A stretch of 64,000 nucleotides of DNA from a virus. Made by a program: the position numbers and the translations under genes. Position 1 is the first letter of the stretch. Each line of letters begins with the position of its first letter. The stretch covers positions 20,581 through 84,580 of IMG/VR virus record IMGVR_UViG_3300036820_000010; one strand, given 5' to 3'. The notes beneath the pieces were generated by a model, which made no database searches, was not told the DNA's origin, and saw nothing but the letters and a program-made list of their open reading frames with translations. Below are positions 46,735 to 56,766 of this stretch, piece by piece.

Positions 46735-47067
46735 ATGGCGACTCGAGCCAAGGTAGCCTGCACCCGCCTAGGCTGCGGGAAATTCCAACCTTGCCCCGAC
46801 CACGGGTTCATGGCCGACGACCGGCGCGAACTCGACCGCGTCGCCTGGCGCAGGCTTCGCGCGCGCGTCCTTCGTGAGGAGCCCTTCTGCCTCGATTGCG
46901 ACCGAGACGGGCTAACTACCCGGGCGGTCGAGGTCGACCACGTAGACGGGAATCCTGCCAACAACTCCCTCTCCAACCTGAGGCCCCTCTGCAAGTCACA
47001 CCACTCCCGCAAGACTCGGTCGTCAGGTTACAACTACCGCGGCCAAGGAGAAAACAAACTCAAGTGA
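46735..47067 (+). CDS. HNH endonuclease, terminase-associated (HK97 gp74-like)
   Basis: 'CTRLGC...CPDH', 'WRRLRARVL.EEPFC..C', 'VDHVDG', 'NLRPLCKSHHSRKT'. Confidence 0.85.
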   Translation: MATRAKVACTRLGCGKFQPCPDHGFMADDRRELDRVAWRRLRARVLREEPFCLDCDRDGLTTRAVEVDHVDGNPANNSLSNLRPLCKSHHSRKTRSSGYNYRGQGENKLK

Positions 47068-47783
47068 TCCTCAAATGGGTTAGGACCTGGCCGAAGACGA
47101 TTCCTCCTAACCGTTCCTATATCGTTGACGACTGCCAAAAAGTTGAGGTCGAGAAGTACGACTCCTCCCCTCTCGCCGATGTTCAGGCAGATGGAATCTT
47201 TCTCTTAGAGTGGGATATGGCCATCTCCCCTGAGGATGCCGAGTACTTCGAGTCTATCTGCCGCAAGTCCCAGAAAGAAATCAAGGTCGCTCCCTACTAT
47301 CTGTACTCTACTCACGATTCCCACTGGTGCCACTGGAACTGCGACAACTTAGGAGTACTCTTTGATCCTCGCAACCTGCGCGAGGATGGGTTCCCCCGGG
47401 ATTTGCCCCTTCGCTACGTCAAGAATCTAGAACCTGACTGCGACGGGTTCGGGTTCGGGTGCGTCTACTTCCCAATGCGCCTCCTGCAGGATTATGTCGA
47501 GGCAGGAGTAGGCAAACTGACTGACCTCAACTTCTCTATCTGGAACTTGAGGCGAGGTACTAACCCGATCGAGATAGTCTGGGATGTGAGGCCAGCCCAT
47601 CTGCATTTCTCATGGAGTAGGCGCCCTTTTCACCTAGTCTCCCAGTCCGCTATGGAAGACGACTTAAGTTCTGGCCAAAAGGCCATGCAAGATGACGCCC
47701 AGATCCCGATTCTTGCTCAGACAGCCGAGATTCTGCCCCTCAGAGAGAGGGAATCTGCACTGCCGGATTGGCAACCCTCTTGA
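47064..47783 (+). CDS. Possible GT-A-like glycosyltransferase
   Basis: 'FLLEWDMA' (DxD-like), 'GFGFGCVYF', 'DLNFS', 'HLH'. Confidence 0.4.
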   Translation: MILKWVRTWPKTIPPNRSYIVDDCQKVEVEKYDSSPLADVQADGIFLLEWDMAISPEDAEYFESICRKSQKEIKVAPYYLYSTHDSHWCHWNCDNLGVLFDPRNLREDGFPRDLPLRYVKNLEPDCDGFGFGCVYFPMRLLQDYVEAGVGKLTDLNFSIWNLRRGTNPIEIVWDVRPAHLHFSWSRRPFHLVSQSAMEDDLSSGQKAMQDDAQIPILAQTAEILPLRERESALPDWQPS

Positions 47784-48075
47784 ACTTCTCAGAGAAGCGA
47801 TTAGTTCCGTTACTGACCCAGAGTTCCCCGTTGTAGACTCCTGCCTGGACGAAATCTGTCTCGACCCAGACAATAGTCACGTTCCCGTCAGTCGGATCCT
47901 CATCCAGATAGATAACATCGCCGGCTGTCTTGGATTGGGTAGTCCCATCAGGATTCATCTGCTCCCAGGTGCAGGTGTACCCAGTCAGGTCAATTGGGTC
48001 TAGGTTAGGATCCTCGAAGGAGTGGACTAGGGGAGGAGGTGCCTCACCCTGAGTGATTGTCTCTAAGATGACCAT
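47740..48075 (-). CDS. BppU N-terminal-like Ig-fold virion protein
   Basis: 'PIDLTGYT', 'DGNVTIVW.ETDF..AGVYNGELWV'. Confidence 0.65.
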   Translation of the reverse strand: MVILETITQGEAPPPLVHSFEDPNLDPIDLTGYTCTWEQMNPDGTTQSKTAGDVIYLDEDPTDGNVTIVWVETDFVQAGVYNGELWVSNGTNRFSEKFKRVANPAVQIPSL

Positions 48076-51000
48076 CTATCCACCTCGAATTGTAGTACCC
48101 GAGGATACCTCCCCAATGATCGTCGTCGAGGGGGAACTTCCCTCGATCGAACTCGAGTAGGCCCGAGTAGTCGTCAAGAGTCCCTTTGATTTCAGTGCGG
48201 CTGTCATAGAAATATCGGTAGAAATCGTACCCGAGACCAAGATCTTCTCGACAACCTGACCGATGAGAACAGATTGCGCAGCAAGTTCTCCGATCAGGGA
48301 AACCAAGGCAGCGAGTTCTCCTTGGGCCTCAGAAGTTGCTTGAATCGAGCCTTGGACCTCTAGTCTGAGACCTGATTCGATGGCTGAAGTCAGGCCAGTG
48401 ACTGTCTCGATAGTCCCGACGACCCAGTAGATAGCCACTGAGTCGCCACTAAGTTCCGAGGCAGAAGAAATCTGACCCTCGACAGCAAAATCTTCCGATA
48501 GTTCCGAGGCAAGAGCGCTTCCGGCCGAGATCGTGCCTTCTAGACTTATCGCGACAGATGGTGTCGCCTGCAGGCCTGTCTCGGCTGGGATAGACCCGTC
48601 AACTCCTGTCCCCGAAGACTCAGTAACACTAGCCGAGACTTCAGATTCTGCCTCAAGACTTCCGGTCAAACCCCCAGAAACTTTGGGTTCTGCACTGAGA
48701 TCTGTCCCGGATACTATAGATCCCTCGACTGAGATGACTACAGAAGGCGTAGATCCTAGGGAAGTCTTTGCCTCTAGTCCCCCAGTAACCTGATTCCCTG
48801 AAGTTTGCGACTCGGTCGCTTCAATCTGGGTAAGGGAAAGTATAGACCCAGTCAAGTCTATTCCGATTGCGGGTGTCGCTTCTAGGGAAGTTTCTGCACT
48901 GACGATCCCGGATTCTTCTTCTGTTGCCTTGATCGTACCTGTGAGTGCAGTCGAATCTTGAACTTGCGAGATCAGAGAGACTTGAACTGCAGGCGTCGCC
49001 TCAACTGCTGCCGAGGCAACCAAACTTCCAGTTTCACTCTCGACAACAGTTGGGGTCGAGGTGAGGCTCGACTCGGGTTCAACTGAACCCGAGATCGACT
49101 CTAGGGCACTAGCAGTACCGGATAGGTCCGACTGAGATGAGATAGACCCGGTCAGGGGGACAACGGAAACCGGGGAGAATGCCTCAACATAGGCGGTATA
49201 AGGAGCAGTTGCCCCGTTCGTGTTCCCCCAGTTGACCTCTAAGACGTTGGTCCCAGATCCCGAAGGCCCGTCTAGAACGACCCAAGTCTGGACCGGAGGG
49301 TTGGTCGTCGGAGAAGACAACCCGACCAAGGTCTGCAACTTTCCGGCAGCGACCGGATTCCCGCCTGCGTCAGTCGCGTAACCCATGATGGCCGAGACGA
49401 CCAGATCTCCAGGAGATGCCGAGGTTACCTCGACACCAGCAGATTGGTTGAGGTCAGTTTGAGCAGAATCCTCAGAGGCACTGACATCTACTCCTAGGCT
49501 AGAAGTGATCATGCCGAGGTCCAAAGAGGAGTTGCCTGATGTCCCAGGAGTGTGAGTCATACTCACGGTGAGCCCAGAAGATGCGATCGCCGAACTTGCT
49601 ACCGCCCCCCAAACACTCTGCCGAATATGGTTAGACCCATTGACTTGATCCCCTGAGTCGTTGAGTTGAGACCAGGTGAGGCCTCCCCCAGACGGAGAAG
49701 AGACACTCCCCGCCAATCCTGTAAACCCAGTATCCGACGCGCGCAAGCGCAGAATCGCACCTGCTGGGATCGCGCCTAGGCTGTTGGTGATCGTCGGAGT
49801 GATCGAAGAGTAGCCCAGGTTCTGGCCTAAAAGGGTAAACTCTGCGCTTGGGGTCCCCAAACCTGCGCCTGCAGGATTCAACGAGAGTGCGAACCCGACC
49901 CAGGTCGAGGTCGCAGATGCTGTCGTCGAGACGGACTGGTTGGATCCCGCTGCCTGTCCGTCGGAGTCAAACCAGGCCATAGGAGAAGAGGAGGCCCTCT
50001 GGGTCAGTCCACTGGGTGTCGAGAAGGTGAAGTTAGATACTGAGTAGGGAACAAACCCGATGACTGCCCAGTTTTGGTTCTGGACCTGGAACTGATTCGA
50101 GGCGACAGGAGAACCTGTACCCACCCCTGCGAAGACGACTGAGTAATCCTGGTTGGTGTAGGGAGTAGTGTTGTCTATGCCTCGATAAGCACCTGCCTCG
50201 ACTCCAGAATAGCAAGCAGTCGGGGTTCCTGATGCAGCAAAATCAAAAGTTGGAGTAGGAGTCGATCCTAACCCCCAGTAGACAGCGTTTTTCAGACCCG
50301 CGTTGTCAGAAGACCCGATCAAGGTCCAGCCTGAAGGCGCTGCGGGTACGTCAGGAGCAGTTGCCCCGTCCCAGTAGACGTGGGCGAAGATGACGTCTGT
50401 AGTTTGCAGAAGGCCCCCGCCCAACAGGGGTACCGTGACCGAGTTGGCAGGAGAGGTGTTGATCGAATCGTCCCAATCGACGAAGTCTACTCCAACTACT
50501 CCTCCGTGGGCAGTTCCAGCCAACTGAGATGCAGCAGAGATGGAACCGGTCAAGGCAATCTGTTCAGACAGGGTGCCTGCTAGTTGCGAGGCAGGCGCAG
50601 AAGACGCAGTTTCGGCAACTGCTGCCTTGACGGCTGCGGTCAAAGCCGTCTGATCTTGGACAGTACCCGTGATCGACGACCCAGTAGTCTTAGAATCTAC
50701 CCCGGAGATGGTGCTTGCTGCCGTGATGCTGCCCGAGACTGCAACTGCTATATGGGGAACCGCATTGACTTGAGAACCCGCGGACAAGGCAGCATTGACA
50801 GCTTCTTTGGAAGTTGGTGCAGAGGTGAGACCAGTAGTAGAAGAAGAACTTCCGGATAGTTCTTTTCGAGCAGAAACAGACCCTGCTAGAGTAGAGGCTG
50901 AGGCAACTGAACCCGAGACGTTATCTGTAGTTCCAGTAGGTGAGAACTTGAAGGTGGCGACTGAACCCGCGTACCCAGAAGTTGAACTCGAGAAGGAGAC

Positions 51001-51537
51001 AGAGGCAGTCAGGGGAGATCCTGAAGTTCCAACTGCAGCGTTGGTTTCAGTGATAAATTGTCCCGGAGACCCAGCGAGGTTGGACCCTAAGGTATACCCA
51101 GATTCTGCAGTAGCAGTTCCATGATCAGAGATGAAGCATGCGCAACCGAGTTCATTAGTTCCCGAAAGATTTCCGTTGGTTGTCGCGGAGAAAGAAGTGA
51201 ACGAACCAGAAGCATTAGCAGAATTTCCGCCCTGATCAGCGGTGCAGGCGGGCCACTCCTCGATGCGCAGGAAGACGTCTCCTGACCCTCCTGACATAGT
51301 GAAGGTCTTAAGACCTCCTGGGTTCGCCTCGTAACGAGCGATTGCTGTCCAGGACCCATAGTTACTGTTGGCATCAGTAGAGTTTGGGACGATCGTGAAT
51401 CCCGACGGGGGAGTCAGTGCAGTGTCAGACGAGTAATCGGCCATATAGGCGATCAGGGTCGTCCCTACACTTGAGTTAGCCCCAAGTGAAACTGAACTGC
51501 CTTCTACTTGGACCCCAGGTTGAACTAAGGAGGGCAC
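48076..51537 (-). CDS. Long Ser/Thr/Gly-rich fibre-type virion protein with ~20-aa repeats and beta-sandwich domains
   Basis: Repeats such as 'LTGSISAASQLAGT' and 'VSGSITAASTISG'; 'TPPSGFT'/'APSGWTLIG' domains. Confidence 0.7.
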   Translation of the reverse strand: MPSLVQPGVQVEGSSVSLGANSSVGTTLIAYMADYSSDTALTPPSGFTIVPNSTDANSNYGSWTAIARYEANPGGLKTFTMSGGSGDVFLRIEEWPACTADQGGNSANASGSFTSFSATTNGNLSGTNELGCACFISDHGTATAESGYTLGSNLAGSPGQFITETNAAVGTSGSPLTASVSFSSSTSGYAGSVATFKFSPTGTTDNVSGSVASASTLAGSVSARKELSGSSSSTTGLTSAPTSKEAVNAALSAGSQVNAVPHIAVAVSGSITAASTISGVDSKTTGSSITGTVQDQTALTAAVKAAVAETASSAPASQLAGTLSEQIALTGSISAASQLAGTAHGGVVGVDFVDWDDSINTSPANSVTVPLLGGGLLQTTDVIFAHVYWDGATAPDVPAAPSGWTLIGSSDNAGLKNAVYWGLGSTPTPTFDFAASGTPTACYSGVEAGAYRGIDNTTPYTNQDYSVVFAGVGTGSPVASNQFQVQNQNWAVIGFVPYSVSNFTFSTPSGLTQRASSSPMAWFDSDGQAAGSNQSVSTTASATSTWVGFALSLNPAGAGLGTPSAEFTLLGQNLGYSSITPTITNSLGAIPAGAILRLRASDTGFTGLAGSVSSPSGGGLTWSQLNDSGDQVNGSNHIRQSVWGAVASSAIASSGLTVSMTHTPGTSGNSSLDLGMITSSLGVDVSASEDSAQTDLNQSAGVEVTSASPGDLVVSAIMGYATDAGGNPVAAGKLQTLVGLSSPTTNPPVQTWVVLDGPSGSGTNVLEVNWGNTNGATAPYTAYVEAFSPVSVVPLTGSISSQSDLSGTASALESISGSVEPESSLTSTPTVVESETGSLVASAAVEATPAVQVSLISQVQDSTALTGTIKATEEESGIVSAETSLEATPAIGIDLTGSILSLTQIEATESQTSGNQVTGGLEAKTSLGSTPSVVISVEGSIVSGTDLSAEPKVSGGLTGSLEAESEVSASVTESSGTGVDGSIPAETGLQATPSVAISLEGTISAGSALASELSEDFAVEGQISSASELSGDSVAIYWVVGTIETVTGLTSAIESGLRLEVQGSIQATSEAQGELAALVSLIGELAAQSVLIGQVVEKILVSGTISTDISMTAALKSKGLLTTTRAYSSSIEGSSPSTTIIGEVSSGTTIRGG

Positions 51538-51578
51538 CTAACTACCACCTGGGTTCAAGAGAGGCACTGTGCCCCTTC

Positions 51579-52055
51579 CTAGGTTATGGTCAGTGAGAGG
51601 GCACCGATGGCAAAGGAGATGGTCACCCCAGCACCGTTGACGATGTTGGTGTTCGGGGTCAGGGGCCCAGCGCCCATGAAGTTAGAGGCAGTCGTCCCAG
51701 TTAAGGTCTTCCACAGAGAGAACCAGGTCAGGGCAGTTGCCCCGGTCGACCAGGCAGCAGACGATGCCGCAAAGGCAACGGCGACTGCGTTGGTCAAGAC
51801 TTGCCCTGATCCAGATGCTGTCGGAGCCGCGAAGTCTCCGACGACCAGGACTCCTCCTCCGATCTCGACTCGAGCATAACCCCCTGTGCCAGAAGTCGGT
51901 TCAGCAAGACCTGTACCATCAGGTGCAGTCGGTGTTGCTGTCGAGAGTCCGACATAACAAGTAGTCGGAGCAGTGATCGCTTGGGCACGCAGGTAGAAGT
52001 TGAGGAGATCCTGCTGTGCCTGAGTAGACAGCTGACCCCCGGAGTTGAATGCCAT
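51579..52055 (-). CDS. Small fibre-associated virion protein
   Basis: 'YVGLSTATP', 'GGYARV', 'TISFAIGALSLT' pattern of small phage fibre/decoration proteins. Confidence 0.7.
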   Translation of the reverse strand: MAFNSGGQLSTQAQQDLLNFYLRAQAITAPTTCYVGLSTATPTAPDGTGLAEPTSGTGGYARVEIGGGVLVVGDFAAPTASGSGQVLTNAVAVAFAASSAAWSTGATALTWFSLWKTLTGTTASNFMGAGPLTPNTNIVNGAGVTISFAIGALSLTIT

Positions 52056-52123
52056 CTCTGCAGGTTCTCCTAGAACATAGCAAATTTGAACTCGCCTGCA
52101 AGTAGAATTCTAGTACAAAACTA

Positions 52124-54838
52124 TCAGGCAGATCCTAAGAGTGTCGGACGCTTCTTCTGGGTGACCGTGAAGCAGCGTGACAAGGCCATGATAGCCGCAA
52201 CCACTCCGTCGATCTTATCTCCTGCCTTGAGCTTAGAAGGTTTGACGTTGCCCGCAGGATCGAGTTCGACAGCGAAGTTGTCGACCATCCAGCGCATGCA
52301 CCCGTTGGGCAGGTGCTTGTACATGAGTTTACCAGATTCTGCCAAGAGTAGAAGTCTCTGCAACTCCTTGGTCGGAGGAGACATGCTCGGAAATCCCTGG
52401 CGCACTTCGGTCATGTTGAAGGCCTCATCCTGCAACTCAGATGAGATCTGAGTAGCGTTCCAGGGGTCGAAAGCGATCTCTTGGATCTGGAAGTTCCTAG
52501 CATCCAACTCGAGTTGCTTCTTGATGTAAGTGTAGTCAGTGACGTTGCCAGGAGTCAACTGCAACCAGCCTTGTTGCACCCAGAAAGCGGCACTTCCTGC
52601 TGTTCGTCGGTTGAGTGCAGTTAAAGACTCACTTGGAGCGAAGACCCTAAAGATGCTGACGTGGGAAGAATCTTCCTGGGGAAAATCTAGGCAGTAGGCA
52701 CTGAGGTCTGTTGTCGAGGCAAGGTCCATCCCGCAGTAGCACTTCTGCCCCTTTAAGGATTCTTCTTGCATCTCGACCTCACCCATGTCCCAGTGGGAGA
52801 CACTCAAGTAACGAGTATCCTGGCGGGTCCTGATGTTGAGGTGCAAGCGCAAGAAAGACGCTAACTGGGCAGGGGATTGCTGGGCCTCACGTGCTGCCTG
52901 CTGCATGAAGCGACGGTTAGGTGAGATCCCGTAACCAGGATTGGCCTTCTTCCAGGTCTCCTCGGAAAAAGGATCGTCTGTCGGGAGTGCTGCCCAGATG
53001 ACTCCGTAAGTTCCCTGGTCCTTGATCGCCCCCCTCGCTAACTGCTCTATTCTTTCTCTCCGTTGAGCATAGATCGTCGTCGTACGCGAGTCATCGGCGG
53101 TCGTGATCGTCAGAGACAGAGGTTGTGCCCTCGAGCCCATACCAGTCTCGAGTGCTTCGACCAGAGCACCTGACTTGTGGACGTGGAGTTCGTCGATGAT
53201 CGTCCCATGCACGTTGGCCCCGTGCAGGACGTCAGCCAGAGAAGACACTGCAGCGAAGTAAGACCCGGTCGGCTTGTGGATAACCTTCTCGGTAGTGACC
53301 GAGACGTATGGCGAGAGATCAGGGGATTTCTTAGCGATTTGTTGAACAGGCTGGAAGCAGTACCTAGCCTGTTCCTTCCCGGTAGCCGCAGCGTAGACCT
53401 GAGCCCCTTCTTCTCCGTCTGCCGTGGTCAGATAGCAGGCGATGCCTCCCGCGAGAGTAGTGTTGTGGGTCGGGACTAGACCTTCTCCTGCTAGATAGCA
53501 GTGAGACGGGTGGGCGACTTGAATGCAGCACATCAGACGAGGTTCGACTTCTTCGATCGAAGTTACCTGGTTGGTCGAAGATCGAGTTGGCCTGACAGGC
53601 CTTGGTTCTAGGAGGCAGGCTTTTCTTCTCAACCTGAAAGGGGAAAAGTCTGACCAAGCAGTAAAGGAAACCAGATACACAGGCCCACAGTCTTTTCCGT
53701 TCAGGGTTGCCCTGTCTTCTCTAAAGGTAGGTTTGAACCCTAAAGACCTAGCCAAGAACAGTACTCCCTCGGCCAAATTCCTTCTGGTGTTCGAGAATTC
53801 ACAGCGGGACAGGTTAGGAGAACATCCTGCATATCCGTCAGTGTCCATCAGACCTCGCAGGAGTTCAAGACGTTGGGCCTTTGAACCCAAGAGGTACTGT
53901 CCTGGAATTGACTTGTTACTCAGGACTCCTATCTGTCTGAGTTTCTTTTGCAGGCCCAAGTAGGTTCTAGTTATACCTGAGTTAGAAACTGCTCCAAGAG
54001 AAAATCCTGCTTCTAGTAAAGAATCATGGATGTCTTCATCGGCATTGGTTACCCCTCCTCCCTCGGAAGTCCCATCCCCCAACCAAACTCCCAGGATGTA
54101 AGGGTCTAGAAGAAGGTCTTGGGCCTTACGTTCTAGGGGTCTTGGGACCTCTACACAGTATCTCCTCTCGACCCCAGACCAGGGATGCAGAAGATAATCC
54201 CTGGACATTTCTTCAGTAGTCCTGACTAACCACCGATTGCGGTAGCGATCATGGACCCACCACTGATGCTCTTCTCCAGCAATAACTTCTTGACCCGCAG
54301 AAAATCTTATCCGGTACGCCTTCTTGAACTCAGGCGTAGAGACGTAAGTTATTTGAGTCAAAGGCCCATCTGGGGAATGGACAGAATCTCCTACTCTCAA
54401 GGCCCCCATTGTCGACCATCCCTTAGAAGTCAACATGGGAGTATCTACAGAAAGTTCCTTCCCGTTTTTTCGGGGCACTTCAACGTGAACTTTGCGGATT
54501 ACCCGGCATACCGCCTTGGTGTCAGGATCGACCAGGACCCACCCGAAGACAGGAGCGATCACATAGGCGATCTCCCAGGGGTCAGGTTTCAGGACTCTAC
54601 CTGCCCAGATGCCTTGGGTATGGCGAAGTTTGGAGAAGACTGACAGGACTCGGTCAACTCGAGAGGCGTCGAAGAAGACTCCTCGACCCGAAGGTTCTGG
54701 GGTCTTGAACAGGGGAGGGCACTTAGGAAAAGGTATGTGCCTTGACTTGAGGTACCACTTGACTTCTTCCGACAGACGGGGATCCTGTAGGTTGAGTACT
54801 CTCGCTGTCTTGGGTTTGGCCTTGACTTGAGGGGCCAC
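52124..54838 (-). CDS. terL: Terminase large subunit (Terminase_1 type) containing an intein
   Basis: 'VPRKNGK|TT' Walker A split by the intein; 'IIDELH', 'ITTA', 'GMDLASTTDL', 'FDPWNA', 'KIDGVVA'. Confidence 0.95.
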   Translation of the reverse strand: MAPQVKAKPKTARVLNLQDPRLSEEVKWYLKSRHIPFPKCPPLFKTPEPSGRGVFFDASRVDRVLSVFSKLRHTQGIWAGRVLKPDPWEIAYVIAPVFGWVLVDPDTKAVCRVIRKVHVEVPRKNGKELSVDTPMLTSKGWSTMGALRVGDSVHSPDGPLTQITYVSTPEFKKAYRIRFSAGQEVIAGEEHQWWVHDRYRNRWLVRTTEEMSRDYLLHPWSGVERRYCVEVPRPLERKAQDLLLDPYILGVWLGDGTSEGGGVTNADEDIHDSLLEAGFSLGAVSNSGITRTYLGLQKKLRQIGVLSNKSIPGQYLLGSKAQRLELLRGLMDTDGYAGCSPNLSRCEFSNTRRNLAEGVLFLARSLGFKPTFREDRATLNGKDCGPVYLVSFTAWSDFSPFRLRRKACLLEPRPVRPTRSSTNQVTSIEEVEPRLMCCIQVAHPSHCYLAGEGLVPTHNTTLAGGIACYLTTADGEEGAQVYAAATGKEQARYCFQPVQQIAKKSPDLSPYVSVTTEKVIHKPTGSYFAAVSSLADVLHGANVHGTIIDELHVHKSGALVEALETGMGSRAQPLSLTITTADDSRTTTIYAQRRERIEQLARGAIKDQGTYGVIWAALPTDDPFSEETWKKANPGYGISPNRRFMQQAAREAQQSPAQLASFLRLHLNIRTRQDTRYLSVSHWDMGEVEMQEESLKGQKCYCGMDLASTTDLSAYCLDFPQEDSSHVSIFRVFAPSESLTALNRRTAGSAAFWVQQGWLQLTPGNVTDYTYIKKQLELDARNFQIQEIAFDPWNATQISSELQDEAFNMTEVRQGFPSMSPPTKELQRLLLLAESGKLMYKHLPNGCMRWMVDNFAVELDPAGNVKPSKLKAGDKIDGVVAAIMALSRCFTVTQKKRPTLLGSA
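53462..54457 (-). mobile_element. Class-3-type intein (332 aa) with LAGLIDADG homing endonuclease in the TerL Walker A
   Basis: N-terminus ELSVDTPML; block B 'EEHQW'; 'LGVWLGDG', 'LRGLMDTDG'; block F 'MCCIQV'; C-terminus 'VPTHN|T'. Confidence 0.9.
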
Positions 54839-54861
54839 TTTGGGTTCTTGGGTACCCCTAT

Positions 54862-55140
54862 CTAGGCCAGGAGCATCAACCAGGAGACATCAGCAGAAGT
54901 GGATTCTACTATCCCGTACAAGTCGTGAGGACTATCTCCAACTGAAGGAACACTCAAGACAGACCCAGCCGCAAGGGATAGACCTTGGTCTTCTCCGGTA
55001 GTTGAAACTGAAGGTCCACCTAGGAACACGGCTACTGATCCGTTGTTCTGGATGAGTACTCCGTCATTCTCTTCTGGAACAGTACAGATGAGGGTAGGAG
55101 AAGTATCTACTGAAGTTGTTCCGTTACTGTAAGTGCTCAT
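54862..55140 (-). CDS. Small beta-rich hypothetical protein
   Basis: 'VLIQNNGSVAVFLGGPSVST'; lies between terS and terL. Confidence 0.6.
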   Translation of the reverse strand: MSTYSNGTTSVDTSPTLICTVPEENDGVLIQNNGSVAVFLGGPSVSTTGEDQGLSLAAGSVLSVPSVGDSPHDLYGIVESTSADVSWLMLLA

Positions 55141-55181
55141 CTTAACAGTTCCTTAGATCCCTTTACCTTGAGGCTTGGGGT

Positions 55182-55709
55182 CTACTTGGTTCCGGCCTTG
55201 GCTCCTGGCGAGAAGGGGTTCTCTTCCTTGGATGGGTCAGGAGACGCTGGAACCTTGACTCGAGGTTCAGACGCTGGGGTCAACCCGAACTCATTCGCCC
55301 ACCACCGGTAGTGGGAGTCGGCAGTCTCTAGGTTGAGGAGTGCTGGGTTCTTGACATCCGCCCCGAAGCGATTCTTGGTTATTTGGCCTTCTACCTTGAT
55401 TATCTCTTCACACTCGCGGTAGCGCGACCAGGACTCGCACAGGATGACCAACCCAGCAAGATTGTGTTCGGCGAGGATGTTGAGGCGAGCCATCTCTGGA
55501 ACCAAAATATCCCAGTGTTTCGAGGCCTCAGGGGACAGGTAGTCTGGCTTTTCAGGTGCGAAGCGGGAGTAGGGAAGATCAGGTTTGACGATCGGTTCCC
55601 AAGTTCGGTCGTCGTGGATCCCGTCCGAGGATTCTAGCAACTTGAGGGAAGTAGTCTTGAGTCTCGGACCTTGCCCAGCTGGGGCCTTGGTTACTCCCTT
55701 AGCGCTCAT
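55182..55709 (-). CDS. terS: Terminase small subunit, P27 family
   Basis: 'KPDYLSPEA..HW', 'L..LCESW', 'KNPAL', 'EFGLTPAS'. Confidence 0.9.
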   Translation of the reverse strand: MSAKGVTKAPAGQGPRLKTTSLKLLESSDGIHDDRTWEPIVKPDLPYSRFAPEKPDYLSPEASKHWDILVPEMARLNILAEHNLAGLVILCESWSRYRECEEIIKVEGQITKNRFGADVKNPALLNLETADSHYRWWANEFGLTPASEPRVKVPASPDPSKEENPFSPGAKAGTK

Positions 55710-55773
55710 ATATAGGATTCTACATGAGGAGAGGACGAGCACTGTGCCCGCCCTCCCTTGGACAAGGAATTGT

Positions 55774-55995
55774 CTACTCGACGAGGTGGTCGAACTGGCC
55801 CCTCTTGGCTGCGGCTAGGAACGCCCCAAACTCGCCTTTCGTCGAGAAGATCGAGTCGGGCGAGAAGGTCTGGTTGCGGATCTCGATCGGCATGGAAGGA
55901 TCCCCGGTCGGAGAAATCTCCATGCAGTTGTTGAAACCTCCTGACTCGTCTGCCTTTTCCCATGGACGCCCAGTTTCAGGGTCTACCTTGAACAT
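55774..55995 (-). CDS. DUF397 domain protein
   Basis: 'WEKA..S.G.NNCMEI...IRN...F...EF.AFLAAAKRGQFD'. Confidence 0.75.
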   Translation of the reverse strand: MFKVDPETGRPWEKADESGGFNNCMEISPTGDPSMPIEIRNQTFSPDSIFSTKGEFGAFLAAAKRGQFDHLVE

Positions 55996-56180
55996 GACAA
56001 CTCCTCTGCTGGTACCCCAGCATAAACTTCTTGAACCCTGTCCCTCAACTGGCGCAGAAGAGTTTCTGCTTCTTCTAGGGGCAGGACAACACATCGACTA
56101 TCTTTTGCTCCCCTCCGGTTGACGACCGTCAGGGAGTTTCTTGGGATCTCGACTTCTACGGTTTTTCCGGGCACGTTCAC
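55983..56180 (-). CDS. Hypothetical protein
   Basis: RBS AGGAGG. Confidence 0.4.
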   Translation of the reverse strand: MNVPGKTVEVEIPRNSLTVVNRRGAKDSRCVVLPLEEAETLLRQLRDRVQEVYAGVPAEELSCSR

Positions 56181-56370
56181 GCCTCCTACTCAGTTCCGTC
56201 TGGCGGAGTAGGCCTTCCTGAATTAAAAAGCGAGTAGCGTTAGCGAAGTGCTGGACATGAACCTCATGCATGAAGGCGTACACCTGATCTTGCGTACCCT
56301 CGTCGATGTAGACCCTCGCTTGTGGCAGTTTCTGGTCCGTGTCCTTCTCGACAAAGGTCTGACTAGCCAC
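56098..56370 (-). CDS. Possible ribbon-helix-helix protein
   Basis: 'ARVYID...V..F...FANATRFLIQEGL'. Confidence 0.45.
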   Translation of the reverse strand: MASQTFVEKDTDQKLPQARVYIDEGTQDQVYAFMHEVHVQHFANATRFLIQEGLLRQTELSRRRERARKNRRSRDPKKLPDGRQPEGSKR

Positions 56371-56499
56371 GACTCAGTTTGTCCTCCTTTCTGTAACGAG
56401 TTGCTGTGATGCAGTCACAGTCACAGTCACCCCCACATGAGAGGTGATCTCCTTGCACACAGGACCCGCACTCAGATGTGTACTGGATATTGTCTATGG

Positions 56500-56766
56500 T
56501 CACTGGCGAGGCAGGATTCTGCCTTTGAGAATGGGAACTGTGTTTACTGGAACTGCCTTTTGCACGAGAATGCATATCTCAGTCCTCGCTGGGTTCTGGA
56601 AGGACGCGGACATTTGCCAACCCTCAGAAGCAAGTTGATTCAACTGGGTGAGAAGGGTCTCGTCCGTGAGATCCTCCCACTCCCCCTTGATCTGTTGGTA
56701 TTCCATCCTGAATTGGACAGGTTGCATTTGACCGATAAGTATAGACACATGCGTGAGGGATGTCAA
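56500..56766 (-). CDS. Hypothetical protein (DUF4177-like)
   Basis: 'MEY...QLNQLASEGWQM'. Confidence 0.5.
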   Translation of the reverse strand: MTSLTHVSILIGQMQPVQFRMEYQQIKGEWEDLTDETLLTQLNQLASEGWQMSASFQNPARTEICILVQKAVPVNTVPILKGRILPRQ

